Below, one piece after another: positions 1-5,488 of a stretch of DNA of 12,579 nucleotides (its first letter is position 1; every line of letters begins with the position of its first letter). Location of the stretch: the NCBI GenBank assembly GCA_038108555.1, contig JAYNIA010000064.1, forward strand, positions 1 through 12,579, in the 5' to 3' direction. The notes under the pieces were generated by a model, which saw nothing but the letters and a program-made list of their open reading frames with translations, did not search any database and was not told where the DNA came from. The position numbers and the translations under genes were made by a program. Source of the stretch: Nitrospinota bacterium. GTDB taxonomy: Bacteria > Nitrospinota > Nitrospinia > Nitrospinales > VA-1.

Positions 1-122
1 ATTATTCCCGCCAATTCTTCAAAGGTGGTGTCAGGATCTTCCACGGCCTCTACAAAATCAAAATAAACCTGTGGCAGTGAAGGAATGCGTTTTCCATCAC
101 TAAATAAATCATCCAGCTTCAT
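1..122 (-). CDS. HDOD-domain signalling protein, 5' portion only (continues beyond the window's left edge)
   Basis: Not in the ORF track. Manual minus-strand translation from ATG at 122 gives MKLDDLFSDGKRIPSLPQVYFDFVEAVEDPDTTFEELAGII, open to the window edge. The (I/L)PSLP...DP....EL..II pattern is the typical HDOD N-terminus. An AGGA SD lies upstream on the minus strand. Confidence 0.8.
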   Translation of the reverse strand, partial: MKLDDLFSDGKRIPSLPQVYFDFVEAVEDPDTTFEELAGI

Positions 123-543
123 TTGGTTTTTCCTATCTTTTGCATCTAAAAATTCTATGGTTGCAATGTAAATATAGTCCTTATTTTGGGATTGGTCGAG
201 CTAAATAAAGCCTTTAAACAGGGGCTATACCTCTTTCTAATATTTCTTCTTTCTTATTCCCTATGGGTAATTTTTTCGCTGGAATTTTTTTAGGGCTTTA
301 GGAATTTTTAATTCCCTTTTCCAAAGTAACCAAAAACGAACTGTCAAATGTGCTGTTTTTTGAAGACTGAATAGAGGGACTTCTAAAATACTCGTTTTTG
401 CTTAATAAATTGAAATTTGTTGGTGAGAATAATCGAAAGAAGGGGTAATTGATATTTGGATATTTTTACTTTTGGGAAGATAAAATTTTTTTAGGGGAAA
501 AGCAAATTGCAGACAAACTTTTGCTTATTAAGCTTATTTCAAA

Positions 544-587
544 ACGGACCCGAAGCTCGAAAATCTATCCAGCTGAGTTACGGACAC
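544..587 (-). pseudogene. Degenerate 5' half of a tRNA-Arg (anticodon TCG)
   Basis: Minus strand reads GTGTCCG TA ACTC AGCTGGATA GATT T TCGAG CT-TCG-GG TCCGT. It has U8-A9, the tRNA-Arg-type D-loop AGCTGGATA including the A20 Arg identity element, C32-U33, and TCG (553-551) at the canonical anticodon position. The D and anticodon stems carry mismatches. No T-arm (GGTTCGA) or 3' acceptor strand follows. Confidence 0.7.
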
Positions 588-718
588 ATTGTCTGGGTTC
601 TTTGGGATTAACAGAAATTGGAATGGTACCAACCATGATTCCACAATAAAGACACCACAAACTAGAGGTAACAATCTCCGCTTGTTTTTAGTCATGAAAA
701 TCATTTCGAGTTTTTGTT

Positions 719-747
719 TTGAAATAAGGAAAAGAAATATTTATAAT
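719..747 (+). promoter_or_regulatory. sigma70-type promoter for the 863..1702 gene
   Basis: TTGAAA (719-724), 17-bp spacer, TATAAT (742-747); the predicted transcription start is ~754. Confidence 0.65.
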
Positions 748-862
748 TATTTTTCGGGGGTTTAACCGTTTTGGGTATACATAAAGGGGTAGCGCAACCT
801 CTTTTGGGTTCTTTTGTTTTTTTCGCCTGGAACGACTTTTTAGTAAATAGGATTTTTCTTGG

Positions 863-1702
863 ATGTTCCGCTGTTTTTTCCCCAAAATAATTTTTCTCTT
901 CATTACAGTCCTTTTAATTCCTCTTTCTTCATTTGCAGAAAATGAAGAAAATAAATCAAGAGAAGTTCCCCAGCCCATTCAGGAATTGTTTCAATCGAAC
1001 CTTGTTTATCCGCAGGAGGAGGATGAAATTCAATTTACGTTGTTTCCCTCTTTTAGAAAAAATGAAAACTCTAAAAGAGTGAGAACCTTATTTGAGGTTG
1101 AATATGGAATAACAGATGCGTTTCAAATTATTTTTGAATGGGACGGATTGTTATATCAAAACCCGAAGTCGGGTCCCACCATTTCCGGTCCGGGAAACAT
1201 CGAAGTAGGTGCGCAATACAGTTGGATGGCGTTGGGAGATGGCAATACCCATTTTTCTTTCGGAAACTTAATAGAACTGCCTGTAGGGCCGGTGGATAAC
1301 GGACTTACAGATGGATTTTTAGAGGTACAACCGTTTGTCGTTTTAGCTCGGGATTTTCCCCAATTTAACCAGAGCCAGATTTTTGCCGAGTTTGGTTTTA
1401 GCTGGGCGGATAAAATTAGAGATACTCCAGCCGGCTCTGACCCCGCATTCGATAGTATTAACTGGAACGTGGGAGGGTTCGTACCCATTGGCCCCTGGCG
1501 GGCCACTATGGAGATCAATGGGAGTAATAATAAATGGGATGGCGGAGATCAAAACGAAATTTACATTACGCCTGGAGTAATTAATAAATTATCCAGGGAA
1601 TGGGAAATCGGTATTGCTGCACCTATTGGAACCACTAAGTCTTCAGATGATTACCGGGTGGTGGGTTATTTAATGTGGGAATTTGAACTGGACGATGATT
1701 GA
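863..1702 (+). CDS. Exported protein, probable outer-membrane beta-barrel (MetA-pathway/'transporter'-like), function unknown
   Basis: 279-aa ORF with an N-terminal signal peptide (KIIFLFITVLLIPLSSFA|E) and alternating amphipathic strands (FEVEYGITDAFQIIFEW, GNIEVGAQYSW, IYITPGV, WEIGIAAPIG, YRVVGYLMWEF). An AGGA at 849-852 lies upstream. The family assignment is by eye. Confidence 0.7.
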   Translation: MFRCFFPKIIFLFITVLLIPLSSFAENEENKSREVPQPIQELFQSNLVYPQEEDEIQFTLFPSFRKNENSKRVRTLFEVEYGITDAFQIIFEWDGLLYQNPKSGPTISGPGNIEVGAQYSWMALGDGNTHFSFGNLIELPVGPVDNGLTDGFLEVQPFVVLARDFPQFNQSQIFAEFGFSWADKIRDTPAGSDPAFDSINWNVGGFVPIGPWRATMEINGSNNKWDGGDQNEIYITPGVINKLSREWEIGIAAPIGTTKSSDDYRVVGYLMWEFELDDD

Positions 1703-1726
1703 TCCGGCCAGATCTTTTATTAGTTC

Positions 1727-1846
1727 CTAAGTTGTTGTCTCGGCATGTTGTTTCAACTCAATGCAATCGAACCTGGCTAATTGTTTGCTTGCCAACTCCT
1801 GAATTTCTTTCAACCGGTTTTTAGATTGCGCTTCAAACCTTAAAAC
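1727..1846 (-). pseudogene. 3' remnant of a phosphomannomutase/phosphoglucomutase (AlgC/ManB-like) gene
   Basis: The minus frame reads VLRFEAQSKNRLKEIQELASKQLARFDCIELKQHAETTT* (stop 1729-1727). VLRFEA.S...L.EI matches the PMM/PGM domain IV C-terminus (RASNTxPxLVLRFEA...). The expected upstream RASNT part is missing and an in-frame TAA lies ~50 nt upstream. Confidence 0.55.
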
Positions 1847-1896
1847 CGCACCTTTTTTTCTTGTCAATTTGTGGGAAAATGGGTGCGGTTTTTTTT
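1842..1896 (+). terminator. Long inverted repeat with T-tract; probable intrinsic terminator
   Basis: AAAACCGCACC (1842-1852) pairs with GGTGCGGTTTT (1882-1892), extendable inward with AU/GU pairs. It ends in a T8 run (1889-1896). Confidence 0.55.
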
Positions 1897-1984
1897 ATTG
1901 TAGCTAATAATCATTTGCCATTAAAAATGGCCTGGAAAATTTTCCGAACCCTGGGCATTCAGTTTCTTAAAAAAGGTTGATGAA

Positions 1985-2671
1985 ATGAATAAATACATCT
2001 CAGAATTTTTAGGAACATTTTTTCTTGTGTTTGTTGGAACTGGCGCGATCATTGTCAATGATATTACCGGGGGGCAGGTGACCCATGTAGGAGTTTCGCT
2101 AACCTTTGGTTTGGTGGTTACTGTAATGATTTATTCCATCGGAAATATTTCCGGGGCGCATATGAATCCGGCAGTGACTCTAGGGTTTTTGGTTTCAGGA
2201 CGTTTTGAAAGGCGAGACGTTGTTCCTTTTATCGCAAGCCAGCTATTGGGGGCTATTTTTGCCAGTTTGATTTTGCAGGTACTATTCTTAGAGCATCACA
2301 GCCTGGGTGCAACGGTTCCAAGTGTTTCCACATATCAGGCATTTTTGTTGGAAATCATCCTTTCCTTTTTATTGATGTTTGTCATTTTAAATGTTTCTAC
2401 GGGTGCCAAGGAGAAAGGGATCATGGCCGGGGTCGCCGTTGGGGCAACCATTGCACTGGAGGCTTTGTTTGCAGGACCGGTCACCGGGGCTTCCATGAAC
2501 CCGGCCCGTTCCCTGGGGCCTGCCTTGGTCAGCGGCCAATTACAGGTTATCTGGATATATTTGACAGCTCCTGTCTTAGGGGCCCTGGCCGCCTGTCCCC
2601 TCTGCCGGTTAATTCAAGGCAAAGATTGTTGTCCGGATATTGGGAGTCAGGCCTGGCCTGAAACCCATTAA
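1985..2671 (+). CDS. aqpN: MIP-family aquaporin, AqpN / bacterial NIP-like (probable metalloid/arsenite channel)
   Basis: Contains SGAHMNPAVT and GASMNPARSLGPA (two NPA boxes). The ar/R filter, placed by spacing against AqpZ, is F41-A160-A169-R175, the FAAR filter known for AqpN/ancestral NIPs. Confidence 0.9.
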   Translation: MNKYISEFLGTFFLVFVGTGAIIVNDITGGQVTHVGVSLTFGLVVTVMIYSIGNISGAHMNPAVTLGFLVSGRFERRDVVPFIASQLLGAIFASLILQVLFLEHHSLGATVPSVSTYQAFLLEIILSFLLMFVILNVSTGAKEKGIMAGVAVGATIALEALFAGPVTGASMNPARSLGPALVSGQLQVIWIYLTAPVLGALAACPLCRLIQGKDCCPDIGSQAWPETH

Positions 2672-2698
2672 TGCGGTGTTTATTTTTAGAAAAAATAA

Positions 2699-2720
2699 TT
2701 GCAAATTATTTGCAAATAAT
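2699..2720. promoter_or_regulatory. Palindromic operator, Fur-family (Zur-like) candidate
   Basis: Perfect 8-1-8 inverted repeat TTGCAAAT-T-ATTTGCAA (2699-2715), overlapped by a perfect 16-bp palindrome ATTATTTGCAAATAAT (2705-2720). It sits ~75-95 nt upstream of a metal-uptake module. Confidence 0.6.
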
Positions 2721-2793
2721 GTAAAAATTTGAATCTTTTTTAGTTCTATTTTATCCTAGAGTCTTGAAACACCTGTATTTCAAGGAATAACAA

Positions 2794-3102
2794 GTGGCAA
2801 ATTTGAATCATAAAAAAACCATTTTTATGCGTTCCAAAAGGGGAATCCTGGGGCTGGTGTTTTGTTTCAGCCTAATCACCCTCTTCGGAAGTCCTTTGCA
2901 TGACCATGATCTGGATTCGTCACATGTGGATCTGGATTGTATTTCTTGTCACTTGGTCCAGTCCAATATCGGCCTTGAGGGAGAGGAACCCAACTTTTCT
3001 CCTTTTGCCCAAATCACACAATGGGTTTCAGTGGCCGCAACTGCAACGTTTACCGCTGTGCATACTACGGCATCCAGCCGCGCTCCTCCAGCCTTTCTCT
3101 GA
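2794..3102 (+). CDS. DUF2946/CruR/CutF-like upstream regulatory protein with RAPP ribosome-arrest motif
   Basis: GTG start with AAGGA SD (2782-2786). It has a basic N-region plus hydrophobic segment (GILGLVFCFSLITLFG), H36-x-H38, H44, C49xxC52H53, and C-terminal SRAPPAFL*. It lies directly upstream of a TonB-dependent receptor. Confidence 0.8.
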   Translation: MANLNHKKTIFMRSKRGILGLVFCFSLITLFGSPLHDHDLDSSHVDLDCISCHLVQSNIGLEGEEPNFSPFAQITQWVSVAATATFTAVHTTASSRAPPAFL

Positions 3103-3304
3103 TCTGATTAATTTTAAATAATAAATATTCCTGACATGGTTGCAATTGGACATTTATTGTCTGGATTGAGAAGACTGTCCATGGTTCCCATTTAACGTGT
3201 GGAAACCTTTTTAAAGGCATTTTGGGGTTTTTGCATGAGTTTGGAAAATTCCAAATGAAAAGTAATGGTCTGTCTGTGTTGGGAAGCAGTCAATGGAGGA
3301 GGTT

Positions 3305-5359
3305 ATGTTGAGGTTTTTAGGTTTTTATATTTTTGTATATTTTGTTTTGGGAGGAATTCCAGTTTCCTCAGTATTTGCTATTGAGTATGAGAAGGAAAGT
3401 GAAGGACCCAAAGAGCATTACGCGATTCATTTGGATGAAGTTGTTGTGTCCACACCGATGCAGGAAACAATTGCTACTTCTGCAAAACCGGTGACTGTTT
3501 TACACGATGACAATTTACGGATGAAAACCGGCGCCACCCTGGGTGAAACCCTTCAAAATGAAATGGGGGTTCACGGGCAGTCCTATGGCCCGGGTGTCGG
3601 GCTTCCTGTGATCCGTGGTCAGGATGGCCCTCGAGTGCGTGTCCTTAATAACGGTCTGGGGGCCAACGATGCTTCCCAGAACAGCCCCGACCACGCTTCA
3701 ATCGCCGTTCCCATGACCGCAGAGCGGATCGAGATTCTGCGTGGACCTGCAACCTTGTTATACGGTAGTGGGGCTATTGGCGGTGTGGTCAATGTGATCG
3801 ATAACCGCATTCCGGAAAAAGTTCCTGACGAACTGGTTGGGGGATCGGTAGAGACAAAATTCAATTCCGCTACCACTGCACGTTCTACCGCGATGAAAAT
3901 AGAAGGTGGTAAAAATAAATTCGCCTACCATTTCGACGGATTTTATCTAAGGAAGGGTGATACCAAAATCAGTGGCGATGCCATCGATGCCACCCGTGCC
4001 CAGGTCAGTCAAGCCGGTACGGCTTTTCCTGAAAACTCGGATGGCTTTATTAACAATTCCGAAGCCGATAACTTAAGCGGAACGCTTGGTGCTTCTTATG
4101 TAGGTGATTTCGGATTTATCGGACTTTCAGGAAATATGATTGATATGGAATACGAAGTTCCATCCGGAGGTACCGCAGGGGGTGAACAGGCCTTTATCGA
4201 GATGCAGTCAAGAAAACTCGATTTAAAAGGAGAGTATAAAAATCCAAACGGATTCTTTGAAACGTTCCGCACTAAACTAAGTATTACCGATTATGATCAC
4301 AACGAAGGAACGGAGGCTATTTTTTCAAATGATACTTTTGAAGGCCGGGTGGAAGCTCCTCATAAACGCATCATGGGAATGAAAGGTGTAATGGGCTTTC
4401 AGGTAATAACCGGCCGGTTTTCCGCTTTGGGTCTTGAGGATGCCAGTTTTATTACTCCCATTACAAGGACCAACAGTTACGCAGTGTTTGCTCAGGAAGA
4501 GTTCAATGTGGGGGCAACGGTAGCTCAAATCGGGTTGCGTATAGAGCATACCGTTTTAAAATCGGAATTACGCGCGAACCCTGATCCTGAATTTACACCT
4601 ATCAGTGTGTCCGTTTCAGACCTGTGGAAAATCAATGATCATAGTTCCTTCAACGTAGCATTGACCCGGTCACAACGGGCTCCCATGGTTCAGGAACTGT
4701 TTTTTAACGGTGGACATGAAGCGACGCGTACTTTTCAGGAGGGCAATCCTTTCCTGGATATGGAAACTTCCTATAATATTGATCTGGGTTACAAGTATAA
4801 TTCCAAAAGAGTGGCTTTTGAATTAAACCTGTTCCATAACTGGGTCAATGACTATATCTTCACAGAAAGGACGGGCGGTACTTCAGCGGACGGCGACCCG
4901 ATAGTGGCTTTTCGGCAGGCCTCCGCCACTTTTATAGGTTACGAAGCTCAGCTGATCTACCATGTCTGGAAAAACGCACAGCAGGATGTCGATTTAACTG
5001 TGTTCAGTGACTACACCCGGGGTCAATTTGAAAATGAAGGGGATGTTCCACGTATTCCACCGCTTCGGGTGGGTTTCCAGGTGGATCATCGCTATGGTAA
5101 CTGGAGTTCCAATCTGCGCTTTACCCATGCCGCAACGCAGGAATATGCAGGCACTTTAGAGGCGAGTACACCCAGTTATAATTTGCTCAACATCAATACG
5201 CATTATCACGTTGACAAGTTTAAAAATACCGATTTGACTATTTATGCGAAAGGGAAAAATTTGCTGGATGAAAACATCCGAAATGCAACTTCGTTTCTGA
5301 GAAACTTTGCCCCGGAACCAGGAATAGGAGCTGAAATCGGAATCAGAATTGATTATTAA
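3305..5359 (+). CDS. TonB-dependent outer-membrane receptor, ZnuD-like metal transporter
   Basis: Signal peptide, TonB box LDEVVVS, ZnuD-family plug signature TLGETL...GPGVGLPVIRGQDGPRVRVL...DAS..SPDHA...RIEILRGPATLLYGSGAIGGVVNVID, ELFFNGGHEAT motif, and C-terminal aromatic residue (RIDY). Start moved from 3293 to the in-frame ATG at 3305 because GGAGGAGG (3295-3302) is then a normally placed SD. Confidence 0.92.
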   Translation: MLRFLGFYIFVYFVLGGIPVSSVFAIEYEKESEGPKEHYAIHLDEVVVSTPMQETIATSAKPVTVLHDDNLRMKTGATLGETLQNEMGVHGQSYGPGVGLPVIRGQDGPRVRVLNNGLGANDASQNSPDHASIAVPMTAERIEILRGPATLLYGSGAIGGVVNVIDNRIPEKVPDELVGGSVETKFNSATTARSTAMKIEGGKNKFAYHFDGFYLRKGDTKISGDAIDATRAQVSQAGTAFPENSDGFINNSEADNLSGTLGASYVGDFGFIGLSGNMIDMEYEVPSGGTAGGEQAFIEMQSRKLDLKGEYKNPNGFFETFRTKLSITDYDHNEGTEAIFSNDTFEGRVEAPHKRIMGMKGVMGFQVITGRFSALGLEDASFITPITRTNSYAVFAQEEFNVGATVAQIGLRIEHTVLKSELRANPDPEFTPISVSVSDLWKINDHSSFNVALTRSQRAPMVQELFFNGGHEATRTFQEGNPFLDMETSYNIDLGYKYNSKRVAFELNLFHNWVNDYIFTERTGGTSADGDPIVAFRQASATFIGYEAQLIYHVWKNAQQDVDLTVFSDYTRGQFENEGDVPRIPPLRVGFQVDHRYGNWSSNLRFTHAATQEYAGTLEASTPSYNLLNINTHYHVDKFKNTDLTIYAKGKNLLDENIRNATSFLRNFAPEPGIGAEIGIRIDY

Positions 5360-5411
5360 TTCAGTTTCATTTATGAAAATTTTTTAATTTTATAAATAGG
5401 AGTTTTTATAG

Positions 5412-5443
5412 AAACCCTGTGGCAAAATTTGCCACATGGTTTT
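5412..5443 (+). terminator. Inverted repeat between the receptor gene and putA (intrinsic terminator or operator)
   Basis: TGTGGCAAA-A-TTTGCCACA (5418-5436) is a perfect 9-1-9 repeat, extended by AAACC/GGTTT and ending in TTTT (5440-5443). Confidence 0.5.
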
Positions 5444-5488
5444 AAATTATAAGGGTGATGAGAAATTGAGATTTTGGAGGGATTCAAA

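Noticed and set aside
449..649. 66-aa plus-strand ORF
   Set aside because: TTG start, no recognisable motif, and it lies antisense to the tRNA remnant; likely spurious.
788..799. GGTAGCGCAACC resembling a PutA (GTTGCA) operator
   Set aside because: It is 4.7 kb from putA, and this PutA lacks the ribbon-helix-helix domain.
765..806. preQ1-I riboswitch-like hairpin on the minus strand (AGAGGTTGCGCTACCCCTTT...AAAACGG)
   Set aside because: The loop and A-rich tail spacing do not fit the consensus, and no queuosine gene lies downstream.
688..1580. ORFs 688..978(-), 1156..1518(-), 1343..1552(-), 1383..1580(+)
   Set aside because: Antisense or alternate-frame shadows of the 863..1702 gene and its AT-rich leader, without motifs.
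2900..3121. 73-aa alternate-frame ORF overlapping the leader
   Set aside because: No SD; the 2794..3102 frame carries the coherent signal/HxH/CxxC/RAPP architecture.
3103..3292. Cobalamin riboswitch upstream of the TonB receptor
   Set aside because: No AAxAGGGAA / GCCACTG / B12-box arrangement is present, and the receptor is ZnuD-like, not BtuB-like.
5420..5432. sigma54 promoter (TGGCA...TTGC) before putA
   Set aside because: GG-to-GC spacing is 8 nt, not the required 10.
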